Positions 50,280 to 63,099 of a DNA stretch of 64,000 nucleotides are shown piece after piece (the stretch's first letter is position 1; each line of letters opens with the position of its first letter). Both the position numbers and the translations under genes were made by a program. The stretch is from NCBI RefSeq assembly GCF_009914755.1, contig NC_060925.1; one strand, written 5' to 3'. The notes under the pieces were generated by a model. The model made no database searches. It was not told where the DNA came from and worked only from the letters and a program-made list of their open reading frames with translations. This DNA comes from the human T2T-CHM13v2.0 reference genome, Homo sapiens.

Positions 50280-51640
50280 GGCAACTCAATCAATTGTCAG
50301 TGTACTGTGTACTTTTCACTGGAATTCTCTGTGCCTGGCCATCAGGATACAGTGAGGAGCCAGGCAGCCCTGGTCCCTGCCCTCAGGAAGCATACAGTCT
50401 ATCAAGAAAGGCCAGCAAGAGACAAGTAAACATATAAGGAAATAAAATAATTAAGATCAGGAAATGCTGTAACAAGGAAATAAACTGCATGCTAAAGTAC
50501 AGAATAATGGGGTGGCAGGGGTGTTGTAGCAAGTAGCTAGTCAGACATAAACAGGGCAGGAAAGGCTCCCGCCACCACCAGGAATGTCAGGCAACCATCA
50601 GGTGATGGTCAGGAGGTTGTTAACTGTCTCTCTGAAATAATAATTGGTTGCAGCCAGTGCCAGGGAAAGGCAGGCTCTCTATAGATAGGAAAAACCTGAA
50701 ACTGGTGATCAATACCTTTGTGATAAGATCTCAGGAGTTGTTTGAGAGGGCTCACACCTGAGCACTAAGAGGCAAAATGGCAGCGTTTTAACTTGTATAC
50801 AGCCTCCTAGGGACATCCGGCTGGGGAGGGAAGAACGCCTCAACTGAGCATGCATACAACTCAGTAAACACACTGTGCATGCTCTCCCAAGCACTAGCAG
50901 GCCACTGTGCATGTGGGCAGCCAACCCCAAGGGAAGAATCAGGGGAGAAGGGACACCTGTCCCCGGAAGTATGCCAACGTATAAGACCCCAGGTCGAAAG
51001 GTCAAACCCCACATATCTCCTTCAAGTTGCCCACTTGGGCCTCTTCCAAGTGTACTTTCCTTCCTTTTGTTCTTGCTCTAAAGCTTTTTAATAAACATTC
51101 ACTCCTGCTCTACAGTTTGTCTCTGTCTCTTCTTCGGCTTTCTGTCCCTCAGTCAAATTCTTTCTTCTAAGGAGGCAAGAATTGACATTGCTGAGGACCT
51201 GCATGGATTTGCCACTGCTAACAGGGGGAGATATGGTATGTGCTCATTTTAGGTAGGGAAGTTGGTGGAGGCCTCTTTAAGGAAGTGACATCTTAAATTG
51301 ATCCCACAAAGATGAGGAAATGCCAACCTCCTGAATCGCCAGGAGAGAATATTGCAGAAGGATTCACAAAGGTAAACACCTTGGCCTTAAAAGGAGCTTG
51401 GCATGCTTTAGAAACCTAAAGGAAGCCGATGTGCTTGACACATGGTGTGAGGTGAGCCTTGTACCTCACAGGGAAGAGTCTGGATTGGATTCTTAGTGCA
51501 ATGGGAAAAAAAACTCGAAGGGTTTAAGCAGAAGTATCATATCTGATTTGCATTTGAAAAGATCACCCTGGCTGCCCTGTGGAGAAAGGTTTGTAAGGGG
51601 CAACAGCAAAAGGGAAAGGATCAGTCAGGAGTTAATTTTG
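50280..51640 (-). mobile_element. L2 LINE interrupted by a MER50 LTR
   Basis: ggtccctgccctcaggaagcatacagtcta...ggcctctttaaggaagtgacat...tctgatttgcatttgaaaagatcaccctggctgc. Confidence 0.75.
50522..51223 (+). mobile_element. MER50 ERV1 solo LTR, full length
   Basis: TG...CA ends; start tgttgtagcaagtagctagtcagacataaacagggcagg; TATA-like gtataag and AATAAA; 4-bp TSD GGGG/GGGG. Confidence 0.85.
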
Positions 51641-52039
51641 CCATGCGCTGTGAAACATGAAACACGAAACACCCAAGGGTTTGTAGAGGGTGGGAGAGGG
51701 AAGAGGTTTATCAGCTGCACCAATTAAAACTTTACAGCCCATTCAAACTATCCACTCACATCACACAATTTAAAGACAACATACATAAATTGGTCTGAGC
51801 AAATTGTAGCAAATTGCTACAATGTAGACATACAGCTCCCCACAAAAGTTTGTGAAAGGCCTGCAGTGCTCACACCTGTATGGCTGTATATAATCCTGAA
51901 AGGGGAAAATTAAAATGCACAGTAGCCCTTTGAAAGCTAAAAAAAAAAAAAGTAGATAGTGAAGGACTGGTTTTCTTTCTTAAAAAATAAGTCCTTTTCA
52001 AGTTATAAATGATATTCAAGTCTAATGGGTAACTATGGG

Positions 52040-52295
52040 TAACAATGGCCAACACTTATGTAGCGCGTGTGTGCCAAACCCTGTTGTCCAAGGCTGTGAT
52101 GCATATTTACTAATTTAATCCCCAGGTCAGACCTATGGGGGTAAACACTATGATTTCATTATCCTAATGTGATAGATGAAGAAGCTGAGAGGCTAAGTAA
52201 TTTGCCCAAGGTCACACAGCTAGTTAATGTTGGAATTAAGGCTTGAAATCAGGCAGTCTGGCTACAGGGTTGTGGCCTTAACCATCACATTATTG
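52040..52295 (-). mobile_element. MIR SINE
   Basis: gaggctaagtaatttgcccaaggtcacacagctagttaa...aggcagtctggct. Confidence 0.85.
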
Positions 52296-52989
52296 CCTCT
52301 AGATATTCCAGAAACAACTAAATCAACCATTAGTGTATTGTGTACTTTTCACTGGGTTCTCTGTGCCAGGCACTCAGGATACAGTGAGGACCCAGACAGC
52401 CCTGGTCCCTGCCCTCAGGAAGCATACAGTGTAGCAAGAAAGGTTGACATATTCATAAAATAAGAAGTAATTACTCATTGAGAGGGAGACTCCCACATTT
52501 TAAACCTTTTTGTATTCCTAGAATAATTCCTGGCACAGTAATCTAGTTTGGACAATCAGCTAATACTAAATACAGAGCTTCACTGCCTGCCATTATGGAG
52601 TAAAGAATAGAATCAAAATCAGAGAAAGGTACTGAGTTCCAAAATAATATCCTCATACCAATGGTGTATGCAAACACAAATATGCATACTGCTGTTTTTA
52701 AAAATCTCTGCAGAATTTCAACAAAATGTTATATAACTTTACAGCCTGTGAAAGAGCTATCAAAACCCAGTTTTCCTAAAATAAAAGACTATTACAGAGG
52801 AAAGCATGCATGTGGCTCTACCAACTACTGACCCCAAAACCTGGTGAATGTGTGAATCAACCTAGCCCCAGGCTAGCAGAAGGGATGAGGCTTGATTCAC
52901 TTTGGTATTGACAGAGCCAAGGAAAGTGCCTGGCACACAATATGTGGGCTAAAACTGGCTGAGTGGGATGGGCACTTGCCTTGATGCCC

Positions 52990-53670
52990 CTGTTTTACAA
53001 CCTATAGGCTGTGTGACCCTAGTTATGTCACACAACCCTTCCGGGTCTCAGTTTCTTTATGTCAACCAAGGGTGATATTATCTATGCAGTATCACTATCG
53101 TGTACATCACAAGGGAGGGGAAGAAGGGAAAGTCCTATATCAGTGCTTAGCCTAGGGCATATACTCACTAAGTGTACTACTACTCTTATTACTATTATTA
53201 TTACTGCTACTATTACTATTATTATATGCTTGTCAACTTGACAATGAACATTGAGGCCAAACAATTAGAAAAAAAAAAAGCTTGAATGTGAAGGCATGAT
53301 TGTAGTCAGCTCTTTTATATAAATATTTTATAGGAAATATGTTCTTTGCCAGTTAACAAAAAACACTGGACCAAAATGGCTTGATAGAGAAATCTGAGAC
53401 AGACTTCAGTGGAGTGGTAAGGGACCAGTCTCTGACCAAACCCCAGCTTCACCACCTCTTAGCTGTGTGATCCTGGGCAAGTTGCTTAACATCTCTGGGC
53501 TTAAGGTCTCTTATCTATAAGCTCTCCCATCTTTATGACGTGAGCATTAACGGTAACCTTCCTCATGGAATTGTTATGAGTATTAAATGAGATAGTATAC
53601 ATAAAGTATTTAGAAATATGCCCCTGAGCACTTAATGAGTGTCAGCCATTGTGATTATTATTTTATTGTT
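52990..53670 (+). mobile_element. Two MIR SINEs (about 52990-53230, 53405-53670)
   Basis: ggctgtgtgaccctag...tctcagtttctttat; agctgtgtgatcctgggcaagttgcttaacatctctgggc. Confidence 0.8.
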
Positions 53671-54589
53671 TCTACTGTGAGTGTGTTTGAGGCAAAATCA
53701 GAAAACTAATGAAAACTTGAAGCACTGGATTCATAGTTTGCATCTGCATGTGGCAAAAAAGAAGACCTACTCCAAAGAAAAGAGAGATGTCAACACTCTC
53801 ATTATTATAGCATTCAGGCAATTCAAAGATGCTATCTGGCCATCCTAATAGCTACAGGCTGGCCGTTTAATGACTTACAAAAACAACAAGAAAAAGAAAC
53901 CATGGTTTGATCCCTAAAAGTTACAGAACATGAAAGAGAAGGTCTGCATCTGTAAAAAAAGTATTGTTCTATTCCTCAAGGCAATTAGCGTAATCAGGAT
54001 GGATAGAGCAGAGCACACCGGCAGATCCAGGAACTCCTTTCTATGTTCTATCAAAGGATAATATATATTTTCACCTTCAGAAAGGTTAGGTAATTATAAA
54101 TGTATTCTCCTTACTCATAATATTTTAAGCAAGTAATTGTTGCCCATGGGAAAATGTTTAATTATTTCTGATGAACAGTTGTGGCACAGGAACAAGAGAA
54201 CGAGACAGGCAGAGTGTGGAAACCATGGCCCAATTCTTAATTGTGTGGGAATCTTGTCTTTTCATTGTGGAAAAAAAAATCCCATATTGATTTTTCTCTC
54301 AATTGATTTCACAAAATTTTCAGTTTAGCAACACTGAGTCTTTCCAATTAGCACATCTTCTCAATTCCTTTGGTTGGAGGCAGCTTCATGCCTTCATGAT
54401 GGAGACCTCATATATTTTAAGGTTGGGCTGGCCAGCTCGTGCCTTTTCCCTAATATTACAGCCTTAAAATTGTATTACTCTCATCCCCCAGGGCCAATAT
54501 TTTTGAAGGGATAGGAAAATGGCAAGGAAACGCAGCTTGGGATGACACAAAGATGGATGGAAGAGTAGGCATTTCTCACTCCTTGTAGG

Positions 54590-55660
54590 GAATGCAGGAA
54601 TGTTAGAGGAGGAGGAGCTTTGGACACCTTGTAGTAACAGTGCAACCACTTCATGTTACAGATGGGAAAGCTTAGACCCAGCTGGGGAAGTGGCTTGCCA
54701 GCAGCTACACAGCAAAACCGGGATTTAAACTGAGATAATGTGACTCCAAATCCAGTTTATCTGGGAAAGGAAAGAGAAGCATGTTGAACTGAAAGGAGCA
54801 GATGTTTCGGTCCCCATGAAGTTGACATGACAATCTGACAGCAGGTCCTGCAGGAAGGAATGGGTTCCAGGGAAACTGGTAGAAGAAAGGGGCTGAAGAA
54901 GTAACTGGCAGCAGATGACAGGCAAACCCCATAAAGACTCTCCCCTGCAGCTGGTCCCTACTGCCCCTCTACTTAGGGTGACATAGGGAGGCTGAGAGTA
55001 CCTTTGGACTCTAACAAACCTGCCTTTTCCTAACAATGCAATGAAGTAGATATCACTATCCCATTTTACGTATTTAGGTAACTGAGACTCAGACAAGTTA
55101 AGGGGTTTCTGCCAGACAGAGGCTGACTGGGACTTTGACCTACCTCATTTTTGAGTCTACTACTACCAATGGCTGGGATTTTTCCATATTTCTTTACATT
55201 TGCAAAGTGATTTTATCTCTAAAATTAGTTGTGTATATCTTAAATTTTTAATTCACTTGTACTTGAGAAAGCTGCTGATAGACATGCATCATGCTAGTCA
55301 ACATTTTTAGTTGAAATTTTTATTGAGATAATTACAAATCCACATGAAGTTGTAAGAAATACCATGTACACAACAGGCAACTTTTTGATGAAGATTTTAT
55401 ACCAAATACGGAAGACTTTGGACCAAGGGAACTTAATTAAAAAAATATCAGGGAACAAATATAGTGGTTAAGTCCACAGTCACCAAAGCTCTCTTGCCTG
55501 GGTTCCAACCCCAGCACACCGCTTCTCAGCTTATGATCCCTGTTGAGTTACTTGGTGTCTCTGCCCCCACTTGGTTTAAAAAAGGATAATCAGAGTCACC
55601 AGGCTAATAGGATTGTGGTGGGATTAAATGAATTAAGACTTTTAAAGTGCTAGGACATAT
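54590..55660. mobile_element. MIR fragments (54590-54760 -, 55020-55140 -, 55460-55660 +) and a short L1M tail (55305-55360)
   Basis: catgttacagatgggaaagc; cccattttacg...aactgagactcagac; tagtggttaag...gcctgggttccaacccc. Confidence 0.65.
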
Positions 55661-55699
55661 AACCAGCTGATCTTTGATATCTCTGGCATGTATCTACAT

Positions 55700-55754
55700 T
55701 GTGTGTGTGTGTATGTGTGCGTGTGTGCGTGCGTGTATGCGCGTGCACACATGC
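55700..55754. repeat. 55-nt uninterrupted alternating pyrimidine-purine (TG/CG/CA) tract
   Basis: tgtgtgtgtgtgtatgtgtgcgtgtgtgcgtgcgtgtatgcgcgtgcacacatgc. Confidence 0.9.
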
Positions 55755-56787
55755 TTAAATCAGTAAACAAATTCAATCTTTTCCTCCATATTCCTTGCCA
55801 TTTAGGGGTAAGGTGGGGGTAATGATGTGGTGTGGGTAGGGATCGGTTTGTTCCAGAGACTGGGAATAAGAATGCAGCTTTTTTTTTTTAACCTAAAGAA
55901 CATTTACTTTATAATTTTAGTTCATCTGTATCATCGATAAATGGGTTTTTTCATATGTAGAAAATTCAACTTTTTCAAAACCAGATTCTCCTGCTTATGG
56001 GAGATATTCAAAAACACCAGCAGTTTCTTGCAAACGTGTGAGTTTTCTTTCTTTTTTTCTTTTGTGAAGTTTGAATAGAGAGCAGATGATTTTTAAAAAT
56101 TTCCTCATGAAATAGAAGCTGTCTCATAATTTCATCTATGTGTAAAGCTTACAGTTCTAAACCAACAGGGATGGGAATTGCTTTGGATCCTGGAGGCAAA
56201 ATGAAAAGTGTGTGATCTTATACCATTGTTAGATGTGGAAGCCCTCAGAAAATTCTCTCATTATGTCCTATTCAGGAACTCTGTCTCTAAAACCACAAAG
56301 AATGATTATACCCATTTTACACACTGGTAAATAATTAGGGCACACAGAATTTTAACAGAATAAAGGTCAAAGCAGTTGAAGATATCTTAGGTATCACTGG
56401 ATTCAACTTGTTCCACCCCAACTCCTACACCCTACCCTGAGACCGCAAACATGCACGGACCATCACCTCTGCCACCACTCACGGAGAAAGTCAGACTCCA
56501 TCAAACAACAAGGATTCCTTGTTTTCCACAAAGCTTCCCAAGGAGTGAATGGTAGAAAAAAAAAAAGTACTTTAGAAGCCTCGTGATACTTTCATTCACC
56601 TTTCTTTTAACCTTGCACAATGCACAGCATTTATGTCAAGATCCGGCTCTCGCATTGGACTAGAGGTACGTTTACCTCGGAATGCACCAGGCCCAGCACT
56701 GAGCTTATCTCTCAGTGGCTGCTCAGGAAACTCATGCTCAATGGAACTGAACACAAACCTCTTGTCTCCCTGCCAGAAGTCTTGTTT

Positions 56788-56963
56788 ATCTTTTTCTTTT
56801 TTTTTTTTATTTTTTAGAGACAGGGTCTCACTTTGCCACTCAGGCTGGAGTACAGTGGGTGATCATAGTTAACTGCAGCCTCTGACTCCTAGGCTCAAGC
56901 TGTCCTCCCATTTCGGCCTCCCAAAGAGTTGAGATTCCAGGTATGAGCCAGGGTGCCCAGGCC
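56788..56963 (-). mobile_element. Alu monomer (FRAM/FAM-like)
   Basis: Single arm agagacagggtctcac...ctcaagctgtcctccc...tgagcca; TSD-like agaagtcttgttt / aaaagtcctgttt. Confidence 0.85.
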
Positions 56964-57599
56964 AAAAGTCCTGTTTTTCAGGGGTGGTTTTATAAAAAGG
57001 GATGTTTTATAAAAAGGGACTAGGATTGAGGATAAACACTGCAAGTGCTATTGGTTACAGTCTCACGGCATTGCTATTAGGGGAAAATTGCAGGCACTGA
57101 GATAGTGGAATGGACAGTCTCCCATGGAGAGAGGTGTTCTTGGGGGTGAGCAAGATGGCACACACTGGGGGGTATTGGGTGGACCCAGGAGAGAGACCCT
57201 GTCCCCTGCTGCCTTCTTTATTTGAGAGAAAGCAGGAATTGCCTGACCACTTTGGGGAAATGAGCTTCGTTATTAGAGTCAGCCTAACGAGAATGAGGAA
57301 TACCCTGTTCTAGGATGCCAGTCAGTCCCTGGGGAGTTTGCACGGCAGAGGCCTTGCAGCCCTGATGGCTGACTAGCTCAAGGCTAGGCTACCTGAGCAA
57401 GCGAGACTATAGGGGTCATTCTAAGGACACACTGGTTTCTCTTTCCTCAACTGGGGAAATATAAGTCAATCCATCCTTCACAAGTTTTTAGACCTTTGTC
57501 CATGTGGCCAACCAGGGTCAGCATTTATGTCTTTGACCCCACTATGTAGGGGAGCTTAGTAGTATTTCTGTTTATGATGGGTCCCCTTGATGATAATTA

Positions 57600-58000
57600 C
57601 TTCCTTCAGGCCTTCTCTGACTTCCCAGCTCTGCCTGTTTCCTGCTTCTAAGAGAAGTCAGTACATCTCTATCCATTTGTAATTACTTGGTGAATGTTCT
57701 TTCTTGCTAGATTACTGATTCTATGGGGGCAGGGACTATATTTTCCAGTTCACTGCCATATTCCTCAAACCTAGCACAGAGCCTGGAACACAGCAGGTGC
57801 TTCATAAACACTCCTTGGATAAGTTTTTCTGGAAGAAAAATAATGTATGGTGCAAGAACACTTACAAAGTACTTTTACATATGTTAACTATGTCATTTAG
57901 TTCTCATGCTATCCATATAAAGGAAAAATTATTCTAATTTTTACCAAAGAGGAAAACAAAGGCTTACAGAAGGTAAGCTGTTCAGTAGCAAGCCTGAGAG
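57600..58000. mobile_element. L2 3' end (+, 57600-57825) and MIR (-, 57850-58000)
   Basis: ggggcagggactat...cctagcacagagcctggaacacagcaggtgc; agaggaaaacaaaggcttacagaagg. Confidence 0.7.
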
Positions 58001-58823
58001 TTGCAGCAAGTCTGTCCAGCTCTCCTGCTATGCTATTAAATGACCTTCCTTCTTGCTTTTTACATTCTCTTTATATTGGCCTAACCCCTAAAGATAAACT
58101 TAGAATCATGAGCGCCTTCCATTCCCCACACCTGCTGCGGGTTCCCAATTAATAACCGCAGAAAGCATTTGCTATTGTTCTGAGGAGCTGGGAAATCAAT
58201 GTGTTCATTAGCGAGCTCCCCCTCCCTGCAATCAGCTAGGAAGACGAGGTGCTGGGGCCTGTTCTCCATATTTCTCTTCAACCATCTGTGACTAAAAATG
58301 TTCTTTGAAATTTACTCTTCTCCAACTCTCACAATTACAATTTCATCTCATCTCTACTTCTCCCACTACACTAATAATAGCCCCTCTCACTGCTACAAAT
58401 AAATACCCCAGCACCCTAACCCACCCTGATGACCTGCTGCTGGCCTTTCTTTTCCCAGAGCCTCCCTAGCCAGCAGAAAAGGGGCCTAGATACAGGAGGT
58501 GGCTTTAAGTCTGATATTGTGTTTTAAAAGGAAAGCAGACTTTACTCCCCAGTGCTTCCCAGTCTGTCAGGCGCTGAATTCATGGCTTGTTAGTTCAGGC
58601 ACTGCAAAGAGAAGGCAGATGATGTAAGGTTCAGACAGAGGCTGAATCTGAGCCTGCAGAACCCCAGCTCCACCATTCCTTCTCACAGCCAACCCCACTG
58701 CGAATCCCAAATGATGTGAGATTGGAGAATTCACTGTGTACTCTGAACTTGGTCTTATAGGATCAGCTACAAGAGCTAGTAAAACATTCTTTGTATTAAA
58801 AACAAACAAACAAACAAACACGC

Positions 58824-59039
58824 GGGCAACATGGCAAAACCCCATCTCTACAAAAAAAACAAAATTAGCTGGGCATGGTAGTGCACATCTGTGTGGTCCC
58901 AGCTATTTGGGAGGCTGGGGTGGGAGGATCACTTGAGTTCAGGAGGTGGAGGTTGCCGTGAGCCAAGATAACACCACTGGTCTCCAGCCTGATCGACGGA
59001 GTGAGATCTTGTCTCAAAAAAAAAAAAAAAAGAAAGAAA
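58824..59039 (+). mobile_element. AluJ, 5'-truncated
   Basis: gggcaacatggcaaaaccccatctctacaaaa...gggaggatcacttgag...poly-A. Confidence 0.9.
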
Positions 59040-60340
59040 CTATTGAAAAGTATTGAAAAGCTTTAATTATAGCACAAAGAACACTTGAGTACTTTTTACT
59101 AGATTCACCAAATGTTAACAATTGCCACGTGTCTTATCTTTTTCTCTATATACCTTTTCTATATATTTTTTTCTGAAACTACTGGAGAATAACTTGGCAA
59201 TATCGTTATCTTGTTTACCCCCAAATTATTTTGCCTGTATCTTCTAAGAATAAGGGCATTTTTCTGGGTAACCACAATACTACGATCTCACTTGGTACAT
59301 TAAAGAATTATTACCTAACATACAGTCCATATTCAGATGTCCCTAATTGTCTCAATAACGTCCTTTCAGCATCTCTTTCCCATTTAGGATCAAATCAAGG
59401 GCCATGTTTTGCATTTAATTGTCATTTCTTGTTAGCTTTTAATGTGAAGCTGGTCCTTGCATTTTTTCTCCAGGACACATACAGTTTTGAGTAGTCTAAG
59501 CCAGCCGTTTTACAGAATAATCCTCAATTTGAGTGACATGATTTCAGTTAGCTCCATCACTGAGGACATTAAATTTATCATCTGGTGTTCACCAGATTCC
59601 TTCATTGTAAAGGTACCTTTTCCCTGTGTAATCCATCAGTTTTCTGTGGAGTGCAATTTGAGACTGTATTTAAGACCATATGAATATCCTTTTCCCAAAC
59701 AACTTTTAATACAATAATGTAAGCATCCGTATTAGTCCACTCTCACACTGCTAATAAAGACATACCCGAGACTGGGTCATTTATAAAGGAAAGAGGTTTA
59801 ATGGACTCACCATTCCACATGGTTGGGGAGGCCTCACAATCATGGCGGAAGGCAAAGGAGAAGCAAAGGCCCATCTTCCATGTTGGCAGGCAGGAGAGAA
59901 TGTGTGCAGAGGAACTCCCCTTTATAAAACCATCAGATCTCGTGAGACTTATTCACTATCATGAGAACAGCACAGGAAAGACCCACCCCCATGATTCAAT
60001 TACCTCCCACCAGGTCCCTCCCATGACACGTGGGAATTATGGGAGCTACCATTCAAGATGAGATTTGGGTGGGGACACAGCCAAACCCTATCAGCATCGG
60101 TTGTTAATACTTACTCAATTCAGTTATTGTAACCATGGTTTCAACACAGTTTTCTAATTCTATCATTCCTCTAAGTTAGTTGGCTTCTATGATCTTCTAA
60201 AAAGAGCTTTCCCTCTCCCTTTTCAATTTTTAGTATCACTCTAGACATGTAGGTTCCTTTTTGTGTTATTCAGTGTGTTTTAATTCATTGCTTGCTGTCC
60301 TTATTCTTTTGGTTGAGTATTCATCAAATATTGGAGGAAA
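59040..60340 (-). mobile_element. L1MC4/5-like LINE 3' region, interrupted by THE1
   Basis: ctagattcaccaaatgttaaca...ctaagaataagggcattt...taaccacaatac...ttgcatttaattgtcat. Confidence 0.75.
59728..60093 (-). mobile_element. THE1B/C MaLR solo LTR, full length
   Basis: gctaataaagacatacccgagactggg...gaggcctcacaatcatggcggaaggc...ggggacacagccaaaccctatca; perfect 5-bp TSD GCATC (59723-59727, 60094-60098). Confidence 0.95.
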
Positions 60341-60937
60341 AAACTGGAGTCTTCTGTGCTCCCTTCCACCTTCTTTCTCCCCAACCTCAGTCACATGAGG
60401 CCTCACTTCTGGAGCCTTCCCATTTACCCTGCTGACCTTTATTCCCGATATTCCCAAGAAATGAAGTCACAAGGAGGAATCAGAAACTATATCCCAATTG
60501 CGTATTTCCATGCTTGTCTTCACACCAGAGGCTAAGCAACTTGAGGGATGATGTCACGTCTCCCTCACTACTGAGTCCCCAGCTCCCAGCAGGTTGTGGG
60601 TGCTCACTGGTTATTGTGGAATACAGCTCAGAAGGATGGTTTCAACCAAGCACAAAGCAGCAGCACAAAATCTTAGAAAATCTTTACCAGAGGACGGGGA
60701 GGAGAATTTATCTTTATGGTCTACTTAGAATGTGCCAGGCCTCTGATAAATTTAACCAAAAACCAGCCATATTAGCTTGGACTTTACATAAAATGCAAAC
60801 AAATGTATCTGGTCTTGTTAAACCACTATTATGGGCCTGTCACATGTAGCTGAATTTACATTCAAATTCATACATCTTCCTTTGTACTTCATGCTCTGGC
60901 AATTATGGTTATTTCCAGTTCCCCAAATGTAAAACCC

Positions 60938-61097
60938 CACTGTTTCTCAAAGGAATCACCTGGAAGTCCACTTAAAATGCAGATTCTGATTTGGTGGATC
61001 ACAGGCCTCAGCCTGAGATTCTGCATTCCTAACAAGTTCCTAGGTGAAGCTGATGCTGCTGGTATCAGGGACGTACCATGCTTTTAATAGCTGGGCA
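60938..61097. mobile_element. MER5A-family element inserted in an L2 fragment
   Basis: gaatcacctgg...aaaatgcagattctgatt...gcctgagattctgcattcctaacaagttcctaggtga. Confidence 0.8.
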
Positions 61098-61219
61098 CTG
61101 TGATGTTTCAGATCTGCATGCATTGGCAAATGATGTTTCCTTTGCCTCAAATCCTTGCCTCTCCTTGAGTGTCTGGAAAATTCCTATTTATTCTTCAAAA
61201 TCTTGCTCGAGGGTCTTTC

Positions 61220-62740
61220 ATTCACCAGCTGGTTTGTGAGCATCTACTACGTCCACTATTGTTTAAGGTCCTGGGATCTGTGACTGTACACAGTAAGTGA
61301 GGTCTGTATTCTCACGTATCAAAGCACAGAGAGACACACTATAGACTAAGCAAACAAACCAACAAGAAAACTGAAAATGGTAATAAATACCATGGAAAAT
61401 AAAGAGGAAGAGTAATCAGCGCAAGGCTACCCCTTGAGGTACATGGTCAGAGGGGGCCTTTTGGAGCAGGAGATAATTGAACTGAGACCTAAAAAATAGG
61501 AAGAAACTAGTCCTATGAACAGCTGGAGTGAAGGCAGAGTATGCCAGGCAGAGGGAAGAACAAGGGCAGAGCCCCCAAAGGAAGCAAAGAGCTTGAAATG
61601 TCAAAGGATCTAAAATAAAGCCAGCGCAGCTTAAGGATGGTAAGTGATGGGGAGAAAGTTGTACGGATGGGAGGAGTCAAGGGCTAGGAAATGTAGAGCC
61701 TTTAGCCATCGTAATCTGTTAGAATTCCATTGTAACTGAAATGGGAACTCACTGGAGAATCTTAAGCACAAGAATGATAGAACTGAATTTATGTTTTTAA
61801 AAGATTATTCCAACTGCTCCATGAAAGGATGTATGGTAATTATAGCTAATGATAATAGCTAACATTTATTGATTGCACTTACTATATACTAGGCATTGCT
61901 GTAAGTGCTTAGGTATATTAACTTATTTATTGCTCACAATAACCATACAAAATAGGTACCATTATTATGTTCATTTTATGGATGAAGAAACTGAGGCAAA
62001 AAAACTTGCCCAAGTCACAAAACTAATAGGTGTTGAGGCTAAGATTTGAACCCACACAGTCTGGCTCTAGAGTCCTTGCATTAAACCCCTCTGCTCTGCT
62101 ACAGAATAAAGCGTGAAAGTCTTCCTCCTTCCACGCTTTCTTCTGTAGCAGAGCAGAGGGCGTTGGTGCAAGGAAAGGGTATCACAGCAGTTGAGGTGAG
62201 GAAGGTTGCTGGTTTGGACTAGAGCAGTGCCTGCAGAGGGGAAAGAGGCAGACAGATTTGACAACCATTTGGAAATTGCAATGGAGTGAGCGGTTGAATG
62301 ATAAGGAAGCATCAAGGATGGCTTCTAAATATTTGACTTCAAGTGGATTGGTGGTGTGTTAATGTGCCAAGATAGGGACAGGTAGGAGAGAAACATGTTA
62401 GCTGGAAAATCAAGAGCTATATTTCAGAACTGTACATTTCAAGATGGAGATAAGTAGGTATGAGTCTGAAGCTCAGGGAAGAAGTCTGGGCTAGAGATGT
62501 AAACTTTGGAGGCACCAGCATGTGTAGGGTATCCACCACCATGAAGTGAGTGTAGGTGGAGAAAAGTGGAAGATTCAGTATTAACACTGGGGCTCACTAA
62601 CATACAGAGATTGAGAAGAAGAAGAGAAACCAGCAAAAGACATGAAAAGACAGTGGCTAGGGAGGTAGGAGGAAAACCTGGAGGCTGTGGTATTAGAGAG
62701 GTCAAAACAGGCAGAAATATGTAAAGGAGTAGGATGAATG
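61220..62740 (-). mobile_element. L2 LINE with an embedded antisense MIR (about 61835-62100)
   Basis: tggtcagagggggcct...tgaactgagacct; gagtctgaagctcagggaagaagtctgggctagagatgtaaa; MIR atagctaacatttattga...gaaactgaggc. Confidence 0.8.
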
Positions 62741-63099
62741 CCCCTGTTCACTTTGGTGACAGGAATGCAGAGAATTCATTACATTTAGCCAAAGCTTGTA
62801 ATAGAGTTTGTCATTGCCTGAATGACATTCTTCCTTCTTCCTCAGTAACAGCATCTCGACTGGGGCACAATACTACTTGAAATAGTGATCTCATTTATCA
62901 GTCTTTCTTAAAGCTAAGTATGTCCATGAAACCAGGTTCTCCCAATGGAAGTAGTGAGAAACTTCTGGAAAGGATTCTTAAAAAGCAGAAGCCCCTTTGC
63001 CATTCCTGCTTCCTGGAATGTGACTTGGATAGCTGGAACCCCAGCAGCCATTGTGTATGTAGAAAAGTTTGCTTAGCAATAAAGAGTATACGATAACCA

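Noticed and set aside
59801-60061. 86-aa ORF
   Set aside because: Antisense read-through of the THE1 LTR.
62148-62165. CTCF-like GCAGAGGGCG, and other partial CTCF or REST matches (e.g. near 39165 and 5715)
   Set aside because: Key consensus positions are missing; this one lies inside an L2.
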